A stretch of 63,076 nt of DNA, filler included. It is 5 parts of 5 records of this genome, joined end to end, with 100 filler letters (N's around TTAATTAATTAA, not from the genome) between each part and the next. Parts side by side here need not be neighbours in the genome. Positions count along the whole stretch, not along the records: positions 1 to 18,144 come from DRR723986_6997; 4 more parts are not named here. One strand, 5' to 3'. The stretch's first letter is position 1, and every line of letters begins with the position of its first letter. This document shows, one piece after another, positions 9,401 through 18,244 of this stretch. A model generated the notes under the pieces. The model made no database searches, was not told the DNA's origin, and saw only the letters and a program-made list of their open reading frames with translations. A program made the translations under genes and the position numbers.

Positions 9401-12400
9401 CTGGACGTCACGCTTACAGGCGACCTTCTCGGTGTCAGCAGTGCGAATGTGACGTACTTAAACTCATCCGGAGCCACGCTTGGAACTCGCAGTGTGGTCT
9501 TGAATAGCGCCTACGCAACTGCGGCACATATTACCCTGCCTGCCGGCGCGATTTCGACGATTGGCACACTGACGGTAAAACTTGAGTCGGCGCTGGGAAG
9601 CTCATCGGCAGACCTCACGGTGGTTAACGATCAACCAATCATCCAGACGAGCGAAACGACTGTCAGCTTTCCGGAAGACGGATCAACGACTATCACGCTG
9701 ACGCTGGACGACTTCTGGCCTGGCATCCCCAGTCTTTCAATTACTCCGCCGCTGACGAACGGCAGCACGATCGCCTCAATTACACAGATTGGCGCGACGA
9801 TGGCCGGCACGCAATATCAGATCGTCGGTGCAACAAATGCGCACGGCAGCGCTGCACTCACTTTCCTTGTCAGCGATGGCTTTCTACAATCCAGCACAAC
9901 AATTATTGTTAATATTCAGGCGGTTAATGACCTGCCAAAAATCGATGCACCCGACAAAGTGACGATCTTGCAAAACGGGGTCAGTAGTGCCACCTTGTTG
10001 CTTAGCGACCAGGAGAGTGCAGTCACAAGCCTGACGGTCACTGCGACCTCGGCGAACCAAAGTCTGATAGCTGACGGTGACATCGTACTTGGTGCGACGG
10101 GCGCAACGGTGGATCTGAGCTTCACAACCGCCTGTTTTACGAGCGGAACGACGCAGATTATTGTCACGGTAACGGACGATGCGGGGACAAGCCGCCAAAC
10201 AATTGATGTCTGTGTTGTGGGCTACACCGAAACGCCGATCAGCGGTTCGACGCTGGCGGCCTGTATCGGCAATAGTTCAGAATATCATGTTAACCCCAGC
10301 CAAAATGCGACCAGCTTCCTGTGGTCCGCTGTCGGTGGAACAATTCTGGCCGGTCAGGGAACGGCTGAAATTGACGTGCATTGGTTGAGTGGCACAACAC
10401 ACACATTGTCTCTCCTGCGCAGTTATCCGAACGGCTGCACAAGCGCCAGCACGATCAATCTCTCCCCCGCTATGTTGCATGCTGCCAGTGATTTGGCTTC
10501 GACTTCGCCAAACATGAGCGTTACCCTGGCAGTTCTAAACAATGACTCTGGCTCGGGGCTCAGCATTTTGTCGGTAGACACGCCGGCCAATGGTTCTGTC
10601 AGCCACACAAATGGCATTATCACCTACACGCCCAATAGCGGTTTCAGCGGTGTAGAAACGTTTAACTACACGGTGGAAAGTGCCCTGGCCTGTACTGCGG
10701 CAGGCCTGGTTTCAGTTGCCGTGCAGGCCGAGGCCCAACGCGTTAATCTGGAATATCTGTCCGAGTACAAGAATCGCTCCGGAGCTATTCGCGGTCTCAA
10801 CGGCGCCGTTAATGCCGGCGTGAGTCCCGATGGCAAATTCGTGTACGTTGCCGGATTTTCCGATCACTCAATTGCGATTTTCGCGCGGGATGAAAACGAC
10901 GGCAGCCTGACCTACCAATCGCGAGTCCGCAATGGCTCGGGCGGCGTCAGTGGCCTAAAATATGTCAGCGATCTTCAAATCACGCAGGATGGACGCTGGT
11001 TAATGGCAGTTGGTTATGGCAACGACTGCCTGGTAGTGTTTGAACGCAATCAATCCACCGGTGATTTAACATTTGCAGACAAACGCAAACATGGCCAAAC
11101 AGATGCAGGCGGTAAAATTCTGGCACTGAAACGGCCGGGCGCGCTGAGCTTCAGTCCGGACGGCGCGAACGTTTACGTTGCGTCTTCGCAGCTCAGCAGC
11201 ATCGGCGTCTTTCAGTTCGACAGAATTTCTGGTGAATTACAATGGCTCGAACGACAGAAAGATGGAACCAATGCTGCAGATGGCCTAAATGGTGTCCTGG
11301 ACATGCAGGTTTCACCGGATGGCCGCCACGTTTACAGCGCGGGATATGCTGAAGATAAGATTGGCATATTTGCGCGTGACGAGAACAGCGGAAGTTTAAC
11401 TTTTCTGAGCCAGGTACGTGACGGTGTTAACGGAGTTGATGGAATCAACGGTGTGAAAGCGATTGCGCTCTCTCCCGACGGTAAATACCTTTACGCCGCC
11501 GGCCTGCAGGACGATGCAGTCGCAGTGTTCAGTCGCAACAGAGTCAGCGGATTGTTAACGTTCATTGAAAGACTCAAAGACGGCGGTGGCGGAATTACAG
11601 GTCTAAACGGTGTTAGCGACGTTGCGGTTGGAAGCGGCGGGCGCCAAGTTTGGACCTCGGCAGAAATTGACAAAGCACTAATGTTGTTTAATCGCAATGA
11701 CGACGGCAGCCTCACCCAGGCCGACATTCTGACGTCTGCTGTCAAGGATGTCGTTGGGCTGGGGCTTCTCGCGGACGGCCGCTATGCCTATAGTTCTGCG
11801 AAGCGTGCGGATGCGGCCAGTGCCATTTTCCGCAACATTCAGCCCACGGCAGTTGATGACATTGGCCAGGTGACTACCAAAAATTCGAGCCTGGTCATTT
11901 CGCCGCTGGCTAACGATACTGATGGCGATAACCACGTGCTGACGATCGACTCCAACACCAATGGTGCACTCGGTACAGTTTCAATTACAGGCGGTGGCAC
12001 GACTTTGACGTATGCCGCAGGGAACACAAGCGGCGCGGACCAGTTTACTTATTCAATTAGCGATGGTCATGGCGGCAGCTCGACTGCAACTGTTGACCTG
12101 ACTGTAAGCAATCCAAAAGCCGCGCTTGCCGTTAACAAGTTCACAGATGCTGCTCAGCATGCATTTAACATACTGGTCAGCCCCAATCCGGTCGGCAGTC
12201 AAATGTCCTTAACAATTGATATTGCCGAGCGATCCAGCCTTGAATTGCAGCTGCTTGATATGCGCGGCGCCACTGTGACAACACTGGCAGCTGGTCGGCT
12301 TGCTCCAGGCACACAGCTGATCGAATGGGATTTGTCAGCAGTACAACTCGCTACTGGAATGTACACTCTCATTGTTCGTGCTGTTGGTGAATCTCAGGTT

Positions 12401-12436
12401 CAGGAAGGTAGCCGCACTGTGCAAGTGCTGCGTTAA
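6488..12436 (+). CDS. Giant secreted FG-GAP/VCBS-repeat protein (1982 aa): 2x[Ig-like + FG-GAP propeller], 2 cadherin-like repeats, Ig domains, lactonase-like beta-propeller, T9SS-type C-terminal domain
   Basis: Many GDLDGDGDLD / WLNNGDGTF repeats; VND.P repeats; SPDG..VY propeller blades; C-terminal VSPNPV...LLDMRGATV...LATGMYTL; signal cleavage VWA|Q near residue 79. Confidence 0.9.
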   Translation: MSRKRTHSKFDTLKRYRKYVKRIHAILSGTNPGAAAKHKVSFLQKRLTHLQKKLNPLASPLRAAILSGMMLTSGHSVWAQPKITALAPATNANLVVSTSTIAITFSESMSAATIDADNIVIHGSQTGLRSTRGTFSGNPALSFNPDDNFFPNELITVSITNAQATGGSRINRALTYQFRTEAIGGSGIFSKTDLSFTDYEAVAAGDLDNDGDIDFVQVSANLGGDRIWLNNGDGTYQSSIFGSTRASDCEMGDLDGDGDLDVAIGVLVGANKIWLNNGDGTFVATTFDNGLTLGIDIADMDGDGDLDVISANSGAQPSIWLNDGSANLTNTTHGVASSYKSVAHGDIDSDGDIDLAFGLGYGYSNVLLINNGDGSFATKHFGSTGDFIQDIAIGDVNSDGKPDLILANLLGDGLGILLGNGDGTFSSSFVNGIFAEGVSLGDIDGDGDLDAIASGGSSSDTELFRNNGDGTFTHSSVELPNTYDAALADLDGDGDLDVISATKGFLSRILTNENALLVRPVEPGYNAAGVALDSDIELGFNMFMATTTLTVSPYSTASVRIFGSQTGEIGSSASSIDFDNFGRLTTIDPGADFKPGERISVSVTDDVVSSNGTLVDDGAVFQFRAKSAFASGDFTLQSVSFGAGFSGAVGDLNGDGNLDGILGGLNTQKTILIGNGDGTFSSSLFGASNLALAVEFGDLDADGDLDAIFAIGSNPREIWINNGDGTFASSTFDAGGHVSDLAIADMDGDGDLDVVFSGSNFSPERVWLNNGDATFQVNTVGSNTTARDVAIADFNRDGALDFATTTDGSSTMYFNNGDATFSSEGFGEMTAQSINTADFNGDGVLDVVFGSPGSGNSIWLNSGGTFEKQATVLPTSNDIITGDLNGDGLDDIVFLISSGARRWINLGNGQFAETFTGVGNALAGDMGDFNNDGRLDVLIAAVGNSYALINTPAGFAVNQFNPSSVEVSDAALDVTLTGDLLGVSSANVTYLNSSGATLGTRSVVLNSAYATAAHITLPAGAISTIGTLTVKLESALGSSSADLTVVNDQPIIQTSETTVSFPEDGSTTITLTLDDFWPGIPSLSITPPLTNGSTIASITQIGATMAGTQYQIVGATNAHGSAALTFLVSDGFLQSSTTIIVNIQAVNDLPKIDAPDKVTILQNGVSSATLLLSDQESAVTSLTVTATSANQSLIADGDIVLGATGATVDLSFTTACFTSGTTQIIVTVTDDAGTSRQTIDVCVVGYTETPISGSTLAACIGNSSEYHVNPSQNATSFLWSAVGGTILAGQGTAEIDVHWLSGTTHTLSLLRSYPNGCTSASTINLSPAMLHAASDLASTSPNMSVTLAVLNNDSGSGLSILSVDTPANGSVSHTNGIITYTPNSGFSGVETFNYTVESALACTAAGLVSVAVQAEAQRVNLEYLSEYKNRSGAIRGLNGAVNAGVSPDGKFVYVAGFSDHSIAIFARDENDGSLTYQSRVRNGSGGVSGLKYVSDLQITQDGRWLMAVGYGNDCLVVFERNQSTGDLTFADKRKHGQTDAGGKILALKRPGALSFSPDGANVYVASSQLSSIGVFQFDRISGELQWLERQKDGTNAADGLNGVLDMQVSPDGRHVYSAGYAEDKIGIFARDENSGSLTFLSQVRDGVNGVDGINGVKAIALSPDGKYLYAAGLQDDAVAVFSRNRVSGLLTFIERLKDGGGGITGLNGVSDVAVGSGGRQVWTSAEIDKALMLFNRNDDGSLTQADILTSAVKDVVGLGLLADGRYAYSSAKRADAASAIFRNIQPTAVDDIGQVTTKNSSLVISPLANDTDGDNHVLTIDSNTNGALGTVSITGGGTTLTYAAGNTSGADQFTYSISDGHGGSSTATVDLTVSNPKAALAVNKFTDAAQHAFNILVSPNPVGSQMSLTIDIAERSSLELQLLDMRGATVTTLAAGRLAPGTQLIEWDLSAVQLATGMYTLIVRAVGESQVQEGSRTVQVLR

Positions 12437-12480
12437 CATACTCCTGCAAACTGCACGATCTGTTGCATAATCCTACACAG

Positions 12481-12537
12481 GCCTGCAATCGGTGAACTCC
12501 CACTCGACTCATGGGCGGAACCGTTTGCAGGTTTTTT
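12481..12537 (+). terminator. Rho-independent terminator-like hairpin after the giant gene
   Basis: GCCTGCAA...TTGCAGGT stem followed by a T tract; 13-bp direct repeat CTACACAGGCCTG at 12473 and 12578. Confidence 0.6.
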
Positions 12538-12622
12538 GTTTAATTCCCCTTCTCTTTTAACGCCTGGCTTCGAAGCTCTACACAGGCCTGGATTCACTGT
12601 AGTAATACGCCTTACAAATGCC

Positions 12623-12641
12623 GCCTGAGCACTTCGCCCCT
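12623..12641 (+). repeat. 19-bp dispersed repeat GCCTGAGCACTTCGCCCCT (second copy 18116-18134)
   Basis: Exact match between two intergenic positions. Confidence 0.75.
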
Positions 12642-12948
12642 CATTACATTACGTGGCTTGTTTTTGCTTTTTGTTAGGCATCGCTCCCCAATCCTGCAGC
12701 CTCTCAGCCGTACGCACGGCGCTGCGCGCAGTGCTGGTCTTTTTGCCACACATCCCGCAGAAATTAGACGCTCAGCGCCGCAAATCCGTTGCTGAGTAGA
12801 GTCGGCGCCGGGCAAGCCGGCCTGCATTTAGGCGCCGTATGCCTATATTGGCACATTCCCGGCGAGCTAACAGCCGGATGAGACTCTGCTCTATGGCAAG
12901 TGCAAGCCAGACATTGGTGGGTTTAATGCACACAAATCAGGTGGCAAA

Positions 12949-15345
12949 TTGATCGAAGATGAATTACAACAGTTAGGTGCTGAGCTGGGCAGTCGTCCGG
13001 CCGAAGTGCGCCTGGAGTGCCGCATTCTGCTGGAGCAGTTTGAGAGCGAAGCCGCCGTCAAACAGCCCGCCAGTCAGCGTACGCCGGAGCTGGTGGATCT
13101 GTATATCCTTGCTTCGCGCGCCGCTACAACCGTCGGCGAATCAGCCGAAGCCACGCAGTTTGCAAATCGCGCGCTGGCCAAGGCCGAGTTCCTGCACGAT
13201 CAGGAACGCATCGCCAAGGCCCTGCTGCGCCTGCTCGCAATCAACAAACGTCGCAAGGAACAGGACAGCCGCGACACCTATATTGAAACTCTGCTGAGCC
13301 TGCAAGGCCCCAAACTTCCTCCACAATTGAATATTCGCATTCGGGCGGCGCACTTGCGCGCCGAGCTGGACCACGTGCAGTCAATCAGCAAGTTGGGCGG
13401 CATGCCCGACGGCAGCCTCAGCAAACTCTCCAACCGGCTCAAGTCGCTGCTGCGCAGCCTACCCGAAGACCTGCCCCGGATCCTGCTTGCCGATCTCAAA
13501 ACGCTGCACGTGCGCCTCTTGATTCGTCAGCGCAGGCTGCAGGAGGCACTGCAGGTCAATGCCGAAGTCCTGGCGCTGTATCGCGCTGAGAATCACCTTT
13601 TTAATCAGGCCGACGGCCTGCTCAACAATGCCAAAATCCACGCCAAGTCAGGTAACTACGCGGAATCGCGCAGCGATGCGCTCACAGCGCTGGAGTTGTT
13701 TGAACAGCTCGGAAACCGCCGGCGCCAGAGCCTGACCTTCACCGCGCTGGGCCAATGTGAACTGCAGGACGGGCAGCCGGAAAAAGCCCTGGAGTATTTC
13801 AACAAAACGCGCGAATTGTTGGAAGAGCGCAAGAGTTTTGTCAATCTGGCCACCTGCTACAAAAATATCGCTTCGGTCCACAACGCTGCCGGCCGCCACG
13901 GACAGGCCCTGAGCGCGGGATTCAGAGCGCTAAGCCTGTTTACGCGTTATTCAAGCAGCGTGCGCCGCAAGCGCAAAACCCTGCACCAGATAGCACAGGC
14001 ATATTTGCACCTGGGTGACCTGGCGCAGGCACTGCACTACTTTAAGGAGTGCGCCGAGATTCTGCAGACGCAGCTGCGTGAACTGCCAATAGAAGCAGAA
14101 CAGCAAGACGCTGAGCGCTCAGAAGATGAGTCCCAGGAACAATTCCAGGAACAATTCCAGGAACAGTTTCAGGGCGAGAATGGTCACTCGGAACAGAACG
14201 GCCCCGAGCAGAAAACACTGATCAAACTGTACGGAACCATCGCCGTGCTCGCACATTCCAGCGGAAATCTGGAAGAAGCCGAGGCCTATCTGGCGCTGGC
14301 ACTTGAAGGCGCGGATGAACAGCACAATGCGCGCCTGCGGCGCGAATTCCTGTATAACCTGGCCGAAGTGTACGTGCAGACCGACCGGAGCGACGCAGCC
14401 GCCTTACTGCTCAGCGAAGCCATGCAAATCAAAGCCAAAGGCATGTCGGCCTTACAGACGGCCAAGATTGCACGCCTGCTGGCGGTGCTGCTGCACAGGC
14501 AGGAAAAATATGAAGATGCACGCGGCCTTTTCAAAAGAGCGCTACGCTCCCTCAAAAAAGCCTATGAGCTAACAGAGAGCGTCAGAACTCTCTGTATCAT
14601 GGGCGAAACGATGGCAACCAGTGACCCGACAGCGGCAATTAAACAGTTAAACAAAGCCCTAAAAACGGCCGAGAACTATGAACTTGGTGATGTCTTGCCC
14701 GAAGTCTATCAGGCGCTGGCCAATATGCATACCGCGCGCAACGAAGTGCGTAAAGCGTTTAAGTATCAGAGTGCATATCTCAAGAGTCTTGAACAGCGCC
14801 AAACAACGCGCGAAAATCGGCAACGGCAGACGCTAAAAATTCTGCACGCTGTTAACGCAGAACGCCATGCCTTTGAAGTCGAGCAGATTGCTGCACAACA
14901 TCAGACAGAAGACTTAAACGCGCGTGAGAGTGAGTTGACGAGCAAAGCCTTGTACCTCTCCCAGCGCAGCGATCTGTTGGAAACGCTGCGCACGCAGCTG
15001 GAACAGGCCATGCAGGCCGAACCGAATGACATGCGCACCAATATTCTGGCCTCGCTACGCGCAGTCGATAGTTCGATGAACAATACCGACGAGTGGCAAC
15101 ACTTTGATCAAAGTCTGGAAATAGTGCATCAGCCTTTCCGCCAGGCGCTCTCTGCCGAGTTTCCAGGACTGACGCCACCCGAACTGCGCGTCTGTTCGTT
15201 TATTCGGCTGAATTGCAGCACCAAAGACATCGCGCGCATCATGAATGTTTCGGCGCGCAGCGCGGAAATGCTGCGTTACCATATCCTCCGCAAACTCGGG
15301 CTGGGCAGCAGTGATAATCTGCAAGCATTTCTGGCTGCATTCTAA
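12949..15345 (+). CDS. TPR-repeat transcriptional regulator with C-terminal LuxR-type HTH (paralog 2)
   Basis: Same architecture as 3533-5797; shared N-terminal GS.P.EVR..C and C-terminal ELRVCS.IRLNC.TKDIARIMNVS; TTG start; TATATTGG at 12844 upstream. Confidence 0.9.
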   Translation: MIEDELQQLGAELGSRPAEVRLECRILLEQFESEAAVKQPASQRTPELVDLYILASRAATTVGESAEATQFANRALAKAEFLHDQERIAKALLRLLAINKRRKEQDSRDTYIETLLSLQGPKLPPQLNIRIRAAHLRAELDHVQSISKLGGMPDGSLSKLSNRLKSLLRSLPEDLPRILLADLKTLHVRLLIRQRRLQEALQVNAEVLALYRAENHLFNQADGLLNNAKIHAKSGNYAESRSDALTALELFEQLGNRRRQSLTFTALGQCELQDGQPEKALEYFNKTRELLEERKSFVNLATCYKNIASVHNAAGRHGQALSAGFRALSLFTRYSSSVRRKRKTLHQIAQAYLHLGDLAQALHYFKECAEILQTQLRELPIEAEQQDAERSEDESQEQFQEQFQEQFQGENGHSEQNGPEQKTLIKLYGTIAVLAHSSGNLEEAEAYLALALEGADEQHNARLRREFLYNLAEVYVQTDRSDAAALLLSEAMQIKAKGMSALQTAKIARLLAVLLHRQEKYEDARGLFKRALRSLKKAYELTESVRTLCIMGETMATSDPTAAIKQLNKALKTAENYELGDVLPEVYQALANMHTARNEVRKAFKYQSAYLKSLEQRQTTRENRQRQTLKILHAVNAERHAFEVEQIAAQHQTEDLNARESELTSKALYLSQRSDLLETLRTQLEQAMQAEPNDMRTNILASLRAVDSSMNNTDEWQHFDQSLEIVHQPFRQALSAEFPGLTPPELRVCSFIRLNCSTKDIARIMNVSARSAEMLRYHILRKLGLGSSDNLQAFLAAF
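14134..14169 (+). repeat. 12-bp in-frame tandem repeat (QEQF x3) within an acidic insertion
   Basis: CAGGAACAATTC x2 plus CAGGAACAGTTT. Confidence 0.85.
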
Positions 15346-15403
15346 GTGCTGCCCAAACGTGCAAATTGAATCGCTCTTTATTGAAAGTCGCGACTTAACA
15401 GCT

Positions 15404-17671
15404 TTAGCGAATCACTGCGATTGACTTGACGATTGAGGCTGTGCCGTTTTCCACGTGAATCAAGTACCTGCCGCTTGGCTGACTGCTTAAATCGATAGTT
15501 GTTGCACCTGTAGCCTTGAGACTTGACTCAAAGACTTTGCTCCCCAGCGCTGAATACACTTTGACTGTTGCACTTTGGACAGACGCTGCATTTGCGGCTC
15601 GCTGCAAAACAAAAACGGCATTCCCCAGCGAGCGCAGCTCAAGCTGGTCAGGTTCCCGGTGTGCGACTACATCCGTCACATCATCACTAATTGTGTTAAT
15701 TACAGTGTTGGTGACTACTCGTTGGGTGAAGTCAAAGTAAATTGCCGCACGGCCGAATATCTCCACACCCGGCATAAGATTTCTGTTAACATTAACCCGA
15801 AAACTGATAAAACCCTGGCTATTGGCCTCATCCACTTCGCTGCCGGGCAAATTGATATCGTCAAATCTAAATTCAAGGATGTTACTACCTACCATATTAA
15901 ACGCGTAGTCGTGTGAAGCCGCACCAAGCCTAAAACTCGTCAGATCCAGTTTGGGGTCCAGCGTATCGTTTATGATAACAGTACTCACAGCTGAATTGCC
16001 AAGGTTTTGGAAATGGATTGTGTATGTTAGAACCGAGTCTTTGCGTGTTATGAGGCCCCGTTCGCCCGTTCCGCGCGGAGACACGCTAATGGAGTTGGGA
16101 GCAAAAGATGCTATGATTTGTGTGCAGACATCAGCGCGCCGTTCACCAATCCATTCCTCGGGAATTTCACCGGCGATTTCAATACTCGCGCAGATTTCCC
16201 GACCAATTAAAGTTTCGTCGTCTGCTATATCAAGGTCGATCACAATCTGCCCGGCAGCGCCGACCGCCAGACTTTTTAGGTCCCATTCCGCAAGTGCATC
16301 TGCGTAACGATCCGCGGCCGGTATGGCTAACAAGTTTGTTACGATTGCGTCGTGTTTAAACTGAAGTGTGCCGCTAAACGGAATATTACCCCTGTTTAAA
16401 TAGTTAACAACATACCTTGTTGTACTTCCGGCAACTGCACGCGTCTGCGAGATGTTTAAGTCGAGCTGTGATATGGGCAATTCTGAGAAAAGCCCCAAGT
16501 CAAGCGGAGCGTCCAGACTGCCATCGGCCTTAACTGTAAATTCTTGTGCTGCCGTGTTACAGGCGGCACTCCATGTCTCATCAGTTTCAAGCGTGGCCGT
16601 GTAAGTCCCCGGTTCCAAACGCAGCGTAAATTGGCCGTCATCACCACTGCGAACGCGCAGCCCGCCTGGCTCGATGTCTACAAAGCGTCCTGCCAGAACA
16701 TCTTCGTCGGCATCAAACACACAGTTTTGATTGGCGTCGTAATAAACGCGGCCATCAGCTTCAAACACACTCGCCGGAAGGTTGTACATCACAGAGCCGC
16801 CTGCGTCCCGGCCTTTGACGGCGGTATACCAACGGAAATTGGGCACATCAATGTTAATGTACATCAATCCACCAGGCAAGGCCACACAATAAGTACCGCT
16901 GTTAACATGTATTCCTTTTGAGCAACCCGCAACCGCCAGGTCACGTAAATTTGACCCCGCAATTTCCTGCAGTGTAACACGGCCTCGTAATGGGTCGATC
17001 TTGGCCAGATCAAATTCGCGTTTTGATGTTCCACCAAAGGGCAACTTCAAAGCATAGATATGCTGGTCGGCAGGGTTAAACACGGGATGAATATATGTGT
17101 CTTCCAATTGATGTTCATACAGCTTGGCACCATTAGCAATGTTGTAAACATATAAGGTTTTGCTGCTCGCCAATATCATTAACCATCCGCGCGCGCCATC
17201 CAGCAAGGTTGAACAAACATCAACCCTGGAAGGACCGGGTGCAAGGTTAACTCGCTGCGTTGAGTTATCGGCCGCATTAATCTTGAGAAGTTTGGGCCCG
17301 TCTTCTTCGTAAACGCTGTAGTAACTATCGCTGCCATAATCGTAATGCAAACCATTAAGATTGGATTGCCCAATCGATTCCTCGCTCACAACTTCACCCG
17401 TATGCAGATCCAGCTTAACTAGTTGATCAAGACCGGCACTGTATGTATAGTGATCGCGGCGTACATCAATGGCAAACGTAGCCACCGAATTCCCTGAAAA
17501 GGAACGGTCAGTGATTGTTTCCACCGTACCATCGGCAATATTGACGCGTTCAAAGACACGATTTTGCAGATTGTTCGTACCATAAAAATAGCCGTCCTCC
17601 GCAGACATTGGCCTCAGGCAAGTACACACAAAAAGAACACAAAAACACAAGTGTATAATTCGATTTAACAT
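15404..17671 (-). CDS. Secreted T9SS cargo protein: N-terminal propeller-like region, SdrD-B-like repeat, DUF11/DUF7619-like domain, CTD
   Basis: Signal peptide from ATG 17671; GRVYYDANQNCVFD; YTIHFQNLG...DTLD..LD..SF..GAASH; AAIYFDF...VTN; C-terminal VYSALG...IDLS.QPSGRYLI. Confidence 0.8.
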   Translation of the reverse strand: MLNRIIHLCFCVLFVCTCLRPMSAEDGYFYGTNNLQNRVFERVNIADGTVETITDRSFSGNSVATFAIDVRRDHYTYSAGLDQLVKLDLHTGEVVSEESIGQSNLNGLHYDYGSDSYYSVYEEDGPKLLKINAADNSTQRVNLAPGPSRVDVCSTLLDGARGWLMILASSKTLYVYNIANGAKLYEHQLEDTYIHPVFNPADQHIYALKLPFGGTSKREFDLAKIDPLRGRVTLQEIAGSNLRDLAVAGCSKGIHVNSGTYCVALPGGLMYINIDVPNFRWYTAVKGRDAGGSVMYNLPASVFEADGRVYYDANQNCVFDADEDVLAGRFVDIEPGGLRVRSGDDGQFTLRLEPGTYTATLETDETWSAACNTAAQEFTVKADGSLDAPLDLGLFSELPISQLDLNISQTRAVAGSTTRYVVNYLNRGNIPFSGTLQFKHDAIVTNLLAIPAADRYADALAEWDLKSLAVGAAGQIVIDLDIADDETLIGREICASIEIAGEIPEEWIGERRADVCTQIIASFAPNSISVSPRGTGERGLITRKDSVLTYTIHFQNLGNSAVSTVIINDTLDPKLDLTSFRLGAASHDYAFNMVGSNILEFRFDDINLPGSEVDEANSQGFISFRVNVNRNLMPGVEIFGRAAIYFDFTQRVVTNTVINTISDDVTDVVAHREPDQLELRSLGNAVFVLQRAANAASVQSATVKVYSALGSKVFESSLKATGATTIDLSSQPSGRYLIHVENGTASIVKSIAVIR

Positions 17672-18035
17672 GACCTTATTCCTTGGGCAGATCCGCGCTG
17701 CATGTTTAACAAATAGCGCGGCCAAAACCCTGATTACAGACAGATTTGGGTCGGGATTTTAGTGCGACTCAGCCTAAAATTCTTCCATAATGAAACTCTG
17801 CAGTTTAATACGATAGCGGATGCCACCAGTATTTATCGCATTAATGCGGGCGGGGGGACTCAAATTTACACCATAATTCGATTCCGGCAAACCGACACTC
17901 ACGCCCATTTGCACGTCAACCAATTATTCCTGTTAAAGTAGTCGCCTATTCAACTCGGATTTTGACGCAATTTTCCAACTATTTGGCGGCGCGGCTGTAG
18001 TCATTTACAGCGCTGGTCTTGCGCCAACAATTTGA

Positions 18036-18109
18036 TTGCGGTTGTATCTCGATCATACTTCCGTCTCGTCCCGTCCCCCGTTTGCTCCCCTGCAGTCGGG
18101 GTTTTCGGG
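18036..18109. repeat. Structured intergenic element, copy B
   Basis: Diverged copy of 1286-1362 with both stems preserved; near the contig end. Confidence 0.55.
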
Positions 18110-18144
18110 TTTGCGGCCTGAGCACTTCGCCCCTGGCATTTCCC

Positions 18145-18244
18145 NNNNNNNNNNNNNNNNNNNNNNNNNNNNNNNNNNNNNNNNNNNNTTAATTAATTAA
18201 NNNNNNNNNNNNNNNNNNNNNNNNNNNNNNNNNNNNNNNNNNNN
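18145..18244. other. Artificial contig linker (N44-TTAATTAATTAA-N44)
   Basis: N runs around an all-frame stop cassette. Confidence 0.98.

Noticed and set aside
18145-18244. TTAATTAATTAA palindrome repeated four times in the window
   Set aside because: Synthetic all-frame stop linker inside N runs
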